Assembly: GCF_000143415.4 (NCBI RefSeq)
Contig: NW_003314324.1
Coordinates: 157,864-221,863, forward strand
DNA length: 64,000 bases
Direction of reading: 5' to 3'
From: Selaginella moellendorffii
Lineage: Eukaryota; Plantae; Lycopodiophyta
Shown here one piece after another: positions 24,795 to 36,854 of this stretch. Within the stretch, counting starts at the first letter, position 1. The number at the start of each line of letters is the position of its first letter. The notes under the pieces were generated by a model. The model was not told the origin of the DNA and did no database searches. It saw only the letters and a list, made by a program, of their open reading frames with translations. A program made the position numbers and the translations under genes.

Positions 24795-25641
24795 TGTAAG
24801 CAACTAAAGAGAACAACTTGATAGACGATCCATGGGGTTCAAATATAAAGGGAAAGGGCCCATAAATAAGAGTGCACCCCTTTTTCCAATCGGTTAAGGG
24901 TCTTAGGATATTTGGGGTTAAGTATCCTTAGGTTGGAATAGTACGACCTCCTAGGAAGTCCAAATTCAGGAGCTTACATTTGGTATCGAAGCAGGTCTCA
25001 GATTTAACTCTGTTGGTTGGCTAGGGGAATTACACCACATATTGATTGACATTTGGCTGGTCCAGTGGGCTCCCACTGGGCTCGACCCAAGGAGTCCGGT
25101 GCGAGAAAATAAGACGAGAAGTGAAATTTGGCTAGTCTAGTGGGCTCCCACTGGGCTCGACCCAAGGAGTCTGGCGCGAGCAAATAAGACGAGAAGTGAA
25201 ATGAATTCCTCTACTCCACCGTTGCTCAGGGTTCCTCCAACAGCTAAGCAAGATCAACATTCCCATGCACTGCATCCCTGCGAGTTGGTCTCATGATCTT
25301 ATCATTGGAGGACTTCCAAGCCTGTCGGGTATGTATCACTGTTTTTGTTTTAGCTTTGTAAATGTCCAATTTGCTCCCACTGGGCTCGACTTGAGGGGTA
25401 GGGTGTCAAGAGAGTGGGGTTCTTAGGAGGGCGTGAACTTGCAAAGAAGCGTGGTGGATTGTAAGCAACTAAAGAGAACGACTTGAAAGATGGTCCATAG
25501 GGTTTAAATATAGAGGGAAAGGGCTTATGAATAAGAGTGCACCCCCTTTTTCAATCGGTTAAAGGTCTTGGGATATTTGGGGTTAAGTGTCCTTGGGTTT
25601 GAATAGTACTGGGCCGAGAAGTCCAAACTTAGGAGCTTATA
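24795..25641 (+). mobile_element. Cassandra-type TRIM with 5S rRNA-derived segment in the LTRs
   Basis: TSD GTAGG; LTRs 24795-24978 and 25460-25641; PBS TGGTATCGAAGC at 24981. LTR carries GTTAAG..CTTGGG..AGTAC..GACCTCCT.GGAAGTCC, similar to the 3' half of plant 5S. Confidence 0.88.
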
Positions 25642-28205
25642 GTAGGTTGCACCTTGCATTTTGTTAAACTCTATAAGAGTAGTGAGCTCTCATTGATCTT
25701 AATTTGGCCTTGGTGGACCTGTGCCTTGGCTGAAGATAGTGATGTCCAACTTAATTGTTTGCAGTTGAAATGTTGGTACCTATATTATAGCTTTGTTTAT
25801 AAGGAGGTTGTGTACCAATATAAGTCTATCTCATGGTGTTCACTTTAATTTCGGCTAAGTGTTGATCATGTATAACTAGCCTCTTCAAGGCATGCTTAGA
25901 GCTATTCGTTAAACGCATTAGTAAGCTTATTGTGGTTGATGGATTCAAGTGGTCATTTAGTTTATACTTGTCCATGAACCTTTATCTTGTACCTGGGGTA
26001 TTACGTTCATGTTGGCCAAGTAAATGACTCGATGGGGTCTTGTGAAGGCAAGTTGAGAAGTGATTGTTAGTTGCTTTGCAACTAATAATTACTTGTAGAT
26101 TTTTTTAGAAACTATTGACACTTGCTTCGCTCAATGATGATTTAGTAGTCATAAGCTTGTTTTACCAGATGGTGTTGCAAAGGATTGTATTGTTAGACTT
26201 ACATGGTTTTTCCATGTTGGCATGTCGATTCCATCTTTATTGATATCATTCGTTACATTTAGTCCATAGTGTTGGATTACATTGAGTCTTGGACGTGGTG
26301 AATCACACATTGATGATGTGTTATTTGTAACTGAGTGTTGCTAGAGGATTAGTCTCGGATACTAAATATAATATTTTCGACTTTGGTTAGCTTGGTTGCT
26401 AAAGAGTTTTGAGTAGTGATTCACTCTCATTTTCTTTTAGCTTTGTTCTGGTGTTGATGGCATTGAAGTGATACTCTGTTGTTGACATTGTTGATATTGA
26501 GACTCAAGTGAAATGAGATGTCCTTCTATAGGATTGATATTGAATTTCATTAGCCTTGACGAAGATAGTGTTAATGATTTGGCTATGACTTTGTGTTATT
26601 GGCATTCATACATTTGCTAGCTAACAATTGTATTGACGCTCAAATAAACTGAGTGGCAAGTTAAGTGAATTGTGTTTTAGATGAGATTGTTTAGTAAGGG
26701 TTGAGCTTTGGCTTGTCCTTGAAAAGTGATTTAATCATGGACTATGCTAACTTTATGAGAGGAGAAGTTAATGATTAATATTGAAATATTTGAGTCCTTG
26801 TTGGATTTGAGTTGAAATATATTAATCATTAATAATTCTTCTTGTGCTTGTTATGAAGTGAGTTATGTCTTACTATAAAAAATGGATTCATGGAGGATCA
26901 TTTGGTGATCACTTGTTGAGCTTAGCTTCAAAATTCTTGGTTTTTAAATTGATGTAGACATGTTCTTCATTAGTTTTCGGATTATAAAGTTTGGTTTATA
27001 GATGTGTTGAGAAGGATATTATGAGTTATACCATGATTTCTCTTTAATCATTTTTAGGCAAGACTTGGCTATAGGCTTCTTTAAGCTTGAGTTTTTGTGC
27101 TCATTGTTCCATTTGTTAAAAATTGTTAGGAAAAGTTAGGTTTGAAATACTGGTAGGATGTTACTAACGCTTGCTTAAGCAACTCTGGTTCCTTAGTATT
27201 ATTGACTAAGATCTATTCAAATTGATTAATATGATAGTTGGCATAAATGAGTGTTTGTTAGTCTTACCATATTCATTCTATTCTGTTGATTGTTGCTTGA
27301 GTTAGATTTGTTAGATTCGGATGTTATTTCTTTTTGGTAATACATTCACAAGCATTTTGCCTGCCAGTTGATGATAATTTATGTTCTTTGAGTTATCTTT
27401 GGTAAGTTGTTTGGCATACTATCTATAATTTTTGGTAATTAATCTTTATCATTATATTTTCTCGATGGTACACTTGCTATTGAATATTGTTCGATGGTGA
27501 ATCCTATGTTTTCCAACTATAGTGATCTTGGTGGATCCTATATACTATAATTCTAGTTTATCGGATGATAACTTATTTGGAATACTTTTATGTTCTAATC
27601 TAAGAATTATTCATTGATAATTAAGTCTCTAAGATATCATTTTGTATGACTTTGATATTGTCCATCTATTGATCTTTGAGTTTGGGCCAGTATAGGCAAA
27701 TTGGCTTTGGCACTTCATGTGCATGGTGAAATCTTTAGTTATGGGGTAGCTACTGTCGACTGGTCACATCACCTACCTTTTTGTCGATGTTCCTTATTCT
27801 GTTAAAAGAGCGTAACTATGTAAACAACTCTAACTGCCTATTTATAGTAGTCTATCTAAACCTTATTGATAGGTTTGGTTTCTTTGCTTATGAGGGTTAG
27901 GGCCTCTAGCTTCTCTCTCTATGTCCCTACATGTAGGGGGTATCACACTTTTGTAAGTTAGGTGACACCCATAGTAGAAAGGGTGGTTAACTCCATTGGT
28001 CATTTCCTTGTTGACGACGGTCGGAAGGTGTTTGAGTTGATAGTACATCCACATTAAATAAAGAGGTTCCCCTAACTCATTTAAGTTAGTATATTTCTTA
28101 TATAGTGTGATTATTGTGAACTTTTTCTAAAGTTATTTCCTTGCCGGTGGTCTAGACTCGAGTATGCATTGACAAAGATGTCGATCTTCCCTAAAGGGGG
28201 GAGAG

Positions 28206-29351
28206 TGTCGTGAATATGACTTCGGGTATCAAAAGTTACCTGTCAATTGTCCTTTTAAATATTTTTTCCTTACTACCACGACGGCAGGAGGTCAGTATTG
28301 CTAGACTTTTTATTAGTCTCCATCTAAGCTAGTTGAGAAACTAGTCATCATATGTGCACTTAGATTGGAAGGGCACTAAGGAAAGAAATCTTAAATTATC
28401 ATTTGTTAAGCAAACTTAACATAGTGATGAGAAATTTATGATGTTGATTTGCACTTGCTAGTGTTGGGAACCCTTATGATATTAAGTTTAGTCCCTCAAT
28501 ATTGCTATATGATAGCTTACCGTGTCTATCACTATCATATCCTTTGTGTTAGTCTCAATTCGATCCCAAATGTTATTTATAGAAAATGTCTAAATTTGCT
28601 TATTTGGCATATCTATGGAATGTAGAGATTGTCTTGAATACAATGGTGTTCGTCTCGTGTCCAAATTCACAATCTAAGGATATTCCATATTTAGTAAGTT
28701 TAAAACTTGTTCCAAAGGCTAACTCCTGATATTAAGGGAGGGTTGGGGTGAAAGCCCAAAACATATGTTCCTCAAGAAGGGGGGGAGGGGGGGGCACGGG
28801 ATGTGGGGGATTCCAAATGTATAATAAGGATATTGAGTAGGTCGGGTATGGGTGACAAACCTGAGGCATAATTTAGCTCCTGCTTGCGTGTCTATCTCTT
28901 TGTTCTGCGTCTAGCTTGGGTCTAAGCCCAAGTTCCACCATGCTAGCTGATGGAGTACCTATATCCTTGCATTAAGCCACCAATATGCTTAAATAGTGCC
29001 AAACTCTTAACTCCATTTTGTGTGCTAGTTTTGGCATTAAGATGTTAGATGCTCTAAAACTATTCTAAGTTTCTCCACACTCTTGTTCCTTTGCTCCTTG
29101 GGGCTGTACATTCAAGAGTCATTCCATGCTCCAATACTATTCCTCCTTAGCTCTATACTTGGGAGTTTGGCATTATTCCTTCATTTAGTGGCCCAAGACC
29201 CTGAAATTCAAGTTCCGCACCACTATCCTTTGGACACGTGGCATGTGGCATGTGGCATGTGACACGTGGCATATGGAGGTTTAATATCTATTTCATGGTT
29301 ATCCTATGGTAAATCATTATAGGATAAAGGGTAAAAACTACATGCACTATA
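28206..29351 (+). repeat. 3' LTR of outer family C
   Basis: Diverged copy of 17219-18364, preceded by a PPT. Confidence 0.88.
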
Positions 29352-30630
29352 ATATCTCTTAAGGCTACAAATGTTACTTTATTGTCTTTATTCTGTAATG
29401 TCATGAACTTTTATAATTTTTTCCAGACTCTTTGAAGTAGAAGTTAGAATGGACAGGGATGACTCAAGGATTTAAATAATACTAACATGATCAACACTAA
29501 AAACTGAATTAATATGTGACACAATAGTAAAAATTAGCTGTGACAATGTTGTGTATGTAGAATTGGAGGAAAGTTACCTTACCTTCTTTCTTCATGGTAA
29601 ATCCTTAGTGCATTGTTTCTTGTTTTTAGTGTTTTGATATTTCCTGATGATTGTCATTATGATATTAATTGGAAAGTTATAGATGATGTAATTTTATTTC
29701 TAGAGGATTTTGAGGATTGAGTTTTTGGGAAGATGATGTTTACGAGTTTAAATGGGTTTCTAATGAAAAATTCATAAAATATCTTTGGAAAAAAGTTGGA
29801 AATTTCACACAGTAGGTATCAATTCTTTAATTTACTATATAATTTTTTCTCTTTGCCTTTTATTCTTTCTCAACATTTTCTTTTTCTCAGCCTTCTTCTA
29901 ACACATTAATCATTTATGATTTTTTTATTTTAGTGGTGAGTTAAATATTTTCTATTCTTTTCATATTAATCTAAATGTTAAATGTGTGTATAAAGTTAAA
30001 AATCTTGCTTTTATTTCATTAATGGAGTCTTTCCTTTGTTCTTAAGGTTGCTAAAATTTTAGGTTAGGTGTTTTTTCTTGATATAAGTGTGATTGAGTGT
30101 CTTTGTTTTAAGGAATTTTTCTACTCTCATAATAAAGTACACTTTTCTATTAATTTTTTTCTTGAGCAATTTTTCCATTTTCTTTTAAAATATAGACTTT
30201 TCTAGTAATTTTCTTATCTCAAATGCTGACTTAGATGTAAAGAAGGCTAAGTGGTATAAAGTTTTTATTTATGTTTTAGTAGGTAAAGTATTTTATAATA
30301 AGATATCTTTTATTATCCAGCTTTTTTACTTATATGGAGTTTATTATAAAAAGAGATTCTTTGTTATCTAAATTTTGAGTACATTTCTTTTCTTTTTTTA
30401 TTTCTCCATTTCCACTTTAACAGCTATTGAAAGTTTTTCTTTCAATACTTTTTTATCCATTTCTTCTTCTTCTATAATATTTCTTCTTTAATTTTTCTTA
30501 CTTTCTTTGACATTTTTTTCTTGAGAAAAGAAGGTAAAAGGAATGGATAGCCCCTAATGGTGGAATGAGGATATAATAGTGGAGCAATGACAAATGACAT
30601 GAATTGTTGGCAAGAACATTTGGCCCCAAT
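29352..30630 (-). pseudogene. Possible heavily decayed LINE ORF2 remnant
   Basis: AT-rich. Minus-strand SSLSILTSTSKSLEKII (about 29410-29463) resembles the LINE RT RPISLL..SK.LEKII motif. Weak. Confidence 0.3.
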
Positions 30631-30634
30631 GCCC

Positions 30635-33550
30635 TTGAGATTGAAGAGTGTTGATCTGCTTTGCTATATCCTTCAAACTACTTGCATAATCTTGAATGGA
30701 CTCGTCCTTCTTCTTGCAAAGTGGACAACAGGTGTTTCTCAAGGGCATTCCAACAGCGTTTCAACTTGCTGCCGCTGGACATGTGGCCACCAAATATTTG
30801 ATGAGGTCGTTAACGAGATGTTAGCACTAGGAGGATCTCAGTTTCTCGAAGAAATCCCTCGCAATTTGGCTATGTTTGCTGGTTCTAAGGCCAAAGTCTC
30901 GATCTGGGACAGGCTAGGGCCACGCCAGGAGGATGCTGCCAAAGAACGCAAACAAGAAGGTCAAAACGAGCGAAAGAGAAAGAAGAAGCGCAAAAATAAC
31001 GGTCTCTGTAATATCTGTAAAAAGCCAGGACACTTCGCCCGGGAGTGTACAGATGAAGCGGCCAAGATCCGGAAGGAAATCAGGAACAGGAAGCAAGTCG
31101 CCAATTACGCACGAGCAGAGCAAGATGCTGTCACTGATGGTAGCTTGTTCATGGCTCAAGCTGTAGCAGAGTCAAATTCCCTTGCCAAGAACAGAGGTGA
31201 TCTGGATTGACAGTGGAGCCAATCAGCATATCTCCAAAGCCTTTTCTCGCATTTAGAAGACGTTCCAGACAGGAAGTGAATTTACCTCGGCAATGACTAC
31301 TCGGTACAATCAAGGTTCGATTTGCCACAACTCGCGAGTTCAGGCATGGTTGACGGTCTTCACATCACTTCTCAGAAGCTGAGGTTTTGTGAGCCGTGCA
31401 TTCTTGCCAAGCAGCACAGATTTCCTTTCAAGGCTGGTGCTGCTACAAGAGCTACCGAGAATTTAGAGCTAGTCCACTCTGACGTGTGTACGATGCCGGT
31501 ACTTTCTCAAGAGAAGAGGCTCTATTTTGTGACCTTTGTAGACGACTATTCCAGGATGATCGCAGTGAAGTTTCTAGCTCGCAAATCTGAGGTGCTCAAC
31601 GAGTTCCAGCTTTTTAGAACTCGAGCAGAGTTGCAGACTGGCAAGAAACTCAGGAAATTTCGAAGTGATGGTGGTGGAGAATATGTCTCTAAAGATTTTA
31701 TCAAATATTGTGACGAAGCTTGGGTTGAGAGGCAGTATTTAGTTCCAGATACACAGCAACACAATGGCACAGCTGAGCAAGCCAACCGAACGCTCGAAGC
31801 AGCTCGCTCCTTATTATGAGATTCTGGTTTGCCCAAGTCCTTTTGGTGTGAAGCCGTTGCTGTTGCAGCTGATCTGCAAAACCGTCAGATCACATCAGCA
31901 GTGAGCGACGAGGCACCATTTGAGCGTTGGTATGGCAGAATTTTTGGATGCATAGCGTATGCATTTGTGCCAAGGAAGCATTGCACCAAGCTTGAAGATT
32001 GCAGCGTGAAGGCAGTTCTAGTCGGCTACAGTGATCACATGAAGGCTTACAAGCTCTTCAGTTTGTCCTCATAGAAGATCTTCCACAGTCGTGATGTGAT
32101 CTTCAATGAAACACGGACGTATGCAACCAGAAATCTTCCGTGATCTGTGGTTTCCCCAGATCAATACCCTTTCCATACGAGCCTGCGCTCTTGATCCCCA
32201 AGTCAACCGTCAACGGTTTATGATTCTCGAAGAAGACCCTAGCGCACCAGCAGTAGGTACGAATACGATACGAATATGTTGGAATAGCATATTCTCCAGA
32301 GCTCTCTAGAGGCGCGGTAGGCAGTTAGAGGATACCAGAGAGAAGGGGCTTTGTAGCCTCTTGTGATGAACGATTTTGATGGCAGAGATTTCCATGGATG
32401 GCGAACTCAGATGCAGTTTTTCTTCATGGAGAAGAACCTTTGGGATATAGTCTCTGGGACAGAGGCATGTCCAGCAACGACAGAGGTTGCAGCCGAGAAA
32501 GCGAGCTCTTGGAATCCTTGGACGCGCAGTGGGGAAGATTTATTGGTGTCACCTTGACACATCCCTGACAGCCGAGAATTGGGAAGCACTAAAGACAGTG
32601 CTTGGCAGAACCAACAAGACCAATATAATTGAGATGAAAACCAAGTTCAACAGCATGGTCAAGAAGAAGGATGAGTCCATTCAAGATTATGCAAGTCGTT
32701 TGAAGGATACAGCGAAGCAGATCGACACTCTTCAATCTCAAGGGCATGATTTCCTTCCGGATCTTGGCCGCTTCATCTGGGCGAAGTGTCCTGGCTTTTT
32801 ACAGATACCGTTATTTTTGCGCTTCTTCTTTCTCTTTCGCTCTTTTTGACCTTCTTGTTTGCGTTCTTTGGCAGCATCCTCCTGGCGCGGCCCTAGTCTA
32901 TCCCAGATTGCGACCTTGGCCTTAGAAGCAGCAAACATAGACAAATCGAGAGGGATTTCTTCGAGAAACTGAGATCCTCCTAGCAAAGTTTCCAGTGCTA
33001 ACATCTCGTTAACGACCTCATCAAATGTCCAGCGGCAGCAAGTTGAAACGCTGTTGGAATGCCCTTGAGAAACACTGTGACAAGGTCACTGTCGTCCACT
33101 TTGGTGGGAGATTGAAGAGTGTCTATCTGCTTCGCTGTATCCTTCAAAAGACTTGCATAATCTTGAATGGACTCATCCTTCTTGACCATGCTGCTGAACT
33201 TGGTTTTCATCTCAATTAGATTGGTCTTGTTGGTTCTGCCATTAGTGCTTCCCAATTCTCGTTAGCTGTCAGGGATGTGTCAAGGTGACACCAATAAATC
33301 TTCCCCACTGCGCGTCCAAGGATTCCAAGCGAGTGTTTTGTCTGTTCCACTCTTTCTCGGCGGACATGCCTCTGTCCCAGAGACTATATCCCAAAGGTTC
33401 TTCTCCATGAAGAAAAACAGCCATCCCAGAAAAACTAGTGCTCCGATACCATGATAAGGATGAACACTGTCTCGTGCATCACAAGAGGCTACAAAGGCCC
33501 CTTCTCTCTGGTATCCCGGAGAATATGCTATGCCAGCATATTCGTATCAA
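30635..33550. mobile_element. Rearranged Ty1/copia fragments (gag, PR, GAG-pre-integrase, integrase) with inverted gag duplication
   Basis: CNICKKPGHFAREC; WIDSGANQH at about 31204; FCEPCILAKQHR, LELVHSDVC, YFVTFVDDYSR, FRSDGGGEY. gag N-terminus FHGWRTQMQFFF..KNLWDIV on + at 32363; gag on - at 32750-33420. Confidence 0.9.
31322..32110 (+). pseudogene. copia integrase fragment
   Basis: rve motifs; FWCEAV; GCIAY; VGYS..KAYK. Frameshifted and truncated before RT. Confidence 0.9.
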
Positions 33551-35761
33551 CTTCTTCCACGCACATGTTGCCGCAGGTTGGTGGCATGGAAGACCTTCGG
33601 TGGCATGAAGCACAGGAACGTGATAAGCAATGGTGGCTGTTTACCAAGCTGCCCAGGACATGCCTGTGGATCTCTTCTAAATTTCAAACAAAGTTTAAGT
33701 TGCTGGCAAACGTGAATGCATCATACATGTAGAGAATGAAGAAGCTACCGCCTGATGGTTGTTTCCGTCCGTCTGTTGGGCTGATTGATATTTTGTATTA
33801 GGTTTGTCGGTTGTTTCTTGCGTTGAGCTGAAGCTCTCAAACACGATCTATGCATCTCCGAGAGTGCTGTGCAATCCACTGTCCACGTTGCTACGTCTTT
33901 CAACGCGATCTGTCGAAAATTTTCCTGGAGTCTCTAGTCTGTTGCACCTCCCATGTGCAGTGCCAATGCCAATGCCAATGCCAGTGTTGTTCACATCCAT
34001 TCCAAGTTTGCCCAAGACCAAAGCAATGTCTACAGCTCTGGAGTGGTGGGAACTCTTAACAGGTGTGGAAGCAACAAGCGTCTCCGAGTAAAGAGCCAAA
34101 CTCCACATGAGTGGATTCTAGATGAAGGAAGAGAGGATCTCTGCCAGGTGTTTGATCTAGCATTGCCTCTCGCTGATGTTGATGGATTCCTGAGTGCTAG
34201 GGCAGCTTAACCAAAGGTAATACCTCTTTAATAGACCATTTACTTCAGTGTTTGAGAGCACTAAAGCTCTCCACATTAAGGTATTTCTATTTTCCCTTAA
34301 CTGCTTTAAGGCTCAAGGCTTAACCATACTAAGTTTATGTTCAAGTGTCAACATACGTGGAGTCGTGCTCTCTATGCTGACAGATATTAACTCGTACGTC
34401 TCTACTCTCCGATCCACGGTAGGAAATAACACAAAAGCAAAGAGGAGTCGATTCCAAACTTGAGCTTAAACTTGTCTCTAGACAAATTGCAAACCATGAA
34501 CTACCAGGAAATGGCTGGCAGAAAAGCTCGTCGACATCTTTCGCTGGAATCAACAAACTCGATTGGTAAGCATAGCATAGAGGCATTACACCACGTACAA
34601 GATCATGAGATGAGACGAGAAAACTCTAGATTGATCCATCCCGCATTTGAAAGAAATCCCACGTTCTCAGCTACTTTTTCGAGGTTTTTTTTGCTATAAC
34701 TATAGATCGGGTATGCAGCTCAAATGGTAAATGTCGTGCCATAGCTAACATCTACGTGCCAACCATTATCAAGAACTTGGGGATGCCAGCTATCGCTCCC
34801 CAGTGCCCAAGAGCGCTCCTCTCAGATTGATCCTACAATGATCGCCCAAGCTGGAGATTGTTATTTGGCTGCCGCAGGGGAGCGCATCTGCCCATGCTCA
34901 CGGCCTAGCTCAAGAATAGGAGCATGAGCTTTCCTCGTGATATTGGTTATGCCACTGCTTTTTCCACTTTCCTGCTTGCAGGCCTCCACAAAACTAATTG
35001 CTGCCTATCTTCAAGCTCTCACTGGGCTTAGCTACAGCAGGAACCTGGCAATCCTGATGGGAGCCAAAAAAACGAGCTTTTTCGCTTGTTCCATCATAGC
35101 AGCCTCCTTGCAGTGATGGGCTGCTTGTGGAGGTTCCCCTGGCAGGCCCCGAGGATCGTGATGCATTCGAAATTTAAATGTTAGGAAAATAAATAATAAG
35201 CATAACACATTAAGGTTACCTTGAGTGTTTTACACTAGAGAAAAGTTTAGCACGTGAGGAGCGGTATGCTTATATTTTCACATGGTTTGCTTCTTCGCAA
35301 AGAGCCAGAATTAGTTGTGAAACCATTTTGAGCTTGAGTTTACCTCTTTTGTAACCCTGTGACAAAACGAGTGTTGAACATTGCTTATTTGATTCGTGTG
35401 TAAAACGATAAAGGGAATCTGTCTCGCTGGCGAATAGTTTCCACAAACGTTTTGAAGAGCCTGCATCATTGAACGAGGAGTTTTCCAAGAATCTTCAAGA
35501 ATTTTACGCCTACTCTCAGCAGACTAATGACCGTAACCACAACAAGAATCCTCCTTGACGAGCTGGTGTTAGCACAGAACAACCATGATTAGAAGTCAGA
35601 TGCGAGAGCGCCATAGAGGTAAGCACTTAAACAAAGAGGAAAGAAAAACTCTTCTGATCCTGTGATGAGACAGTTTCTCTCGATTGAATTTAATTATCGC
35701 CACAAGCCATTGACGCTCCATCCCAACGATCCCAGCGAAGCCAGACTTGATCAATGTAAAT

Positions 35762-35825
35762 GGGGATGTAGCTCAGATGGTAGAGCGCTTGCGAGAGGCA
35801 CCGTGATCGATCCCCGGCATCTCTA
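35762..35825 (+). pseudogene. tRNA-Ala pseudogene lacking the anticodon loop
   Basis: GGGGATGTAGCTCAGATGGTAGAGCGCT-TGCGAGAGGCAC...GATCGAT...GCATCTCTA matches plant tRNA-Ala (recalled consensus) with about 9 nt of the anticodon arm deleted. Confidence 0.8.
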
Positions 35826-36854
35826 AGTTCTTGGTAATGTTTGAAATGTTTTTGGCGCGTAGATGTTATCTAGGATTCATAATGGGGAACGGCTCGATCC
35901 TCTCAGGCACGAGATCCCAATGGAAGAGATTGTTGAGAGTATGATTCTGAAAATGAGATTGAGGTTTGTATTCTCTCCATTTTTCAATCTTAATTTAGTT
36001 GCAGAACCAGCGAAGCCAGACTTCCACATCCGTTTGGGAGGAAATCTGAAGAGAGGAACCGGGAAAGGCTCACAAAAGAGTTCTTTCAGATAATCCCTTT
36101 GCCCTGGCTCAATTGAGAAAGTTGCAGCTATGAATAACACTTTAACTCTTCCAAATTATAAACTTGGGAATCCTTATTACTGGGACTAGAGGAAGTAATC
36201 CTTGCGCATAGAGCATGGAGTTCTTCGTAAGCTCGAAGCCTCTGAACGAGGTATGGTGATGGCATATACTGTGAGGTTTGCCTTTTATATTGATGCTGCT
36301 CAACGATCATCATCCTTCAGCAACAATGATCAGATTGTTGATGGTTGAGATTTAAATTCCACTCAAAACTTCTACTTTTTTCAACATTAAACACAAACTG
36401 CGAGCAGACTTTTTTTCATTTGCTTTGCCATTGGTGAATTCTAATTTTTAATTTTAATCTACAATACTGGTGGGAGTCGAACCGCTTCCATTGGGCCACA
36501 GGACAGTTACGGCACCCACACGCTTGCTCCGGAGATAGTTTGGTGGAGACACGAAAAAAATATCGCGCAGCACAATGTGCTGTGCGGCTGTGCCTACTCA
36601 TTCCTTCTGTCAAGTGGCCAGTTTCCAGAAGAGAAAGAACGTTCTTTCTTAAACAAAGAAAAAAAACAAAGCTTTTCTCTCCTTGGTGTTTAGCTTTTAT
36701 CAAATCTCTGTTTCTTTGCGAGGATCTTTACACAAAAAAAGCCAGCCTTGGTCGAAAACCAAGCAACCGATGGAGTGACGAGCCGAGCCGAGCCGAGCAA
36801 ACTCTTGTGAAGTTTCCCCTCCATCGAAAGAAGAGGAGCATTTCGATCGATCTA

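Larger units (their letters stand above)
13237..29351 (+). mobile_element. Old non-coding LTR element ('family C'), outer copy; its 5' LTR is split by gypsy B
   Basis: LTR remainder 13237-13969; PBS TGGTATCAAAG at 13972; purine tract AAAGGGGGGAGAG about 28193-28205; 3' LTR 28206-29351. Hosts three insertions. Confidence 0.85.

Noticed and set aside
24795-25641. Retrozyme (hammerhead-bearing TRIM)
   Set aside because: No CUGANGA/GAAA hammerhead core found by eye; the 5S segment explains the element.
33700-35500. Short ORFs or gene-like fragments
   Set aside because: No recognisable family or consistent exon structure.
35585-35720. Possible C/D snoRNA boxes (ATGATTA...CTGA, GTGATGA) upstream of the tRNA pseudogene
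   Set aside because: No recognisable rRNA guide or terminal stem.
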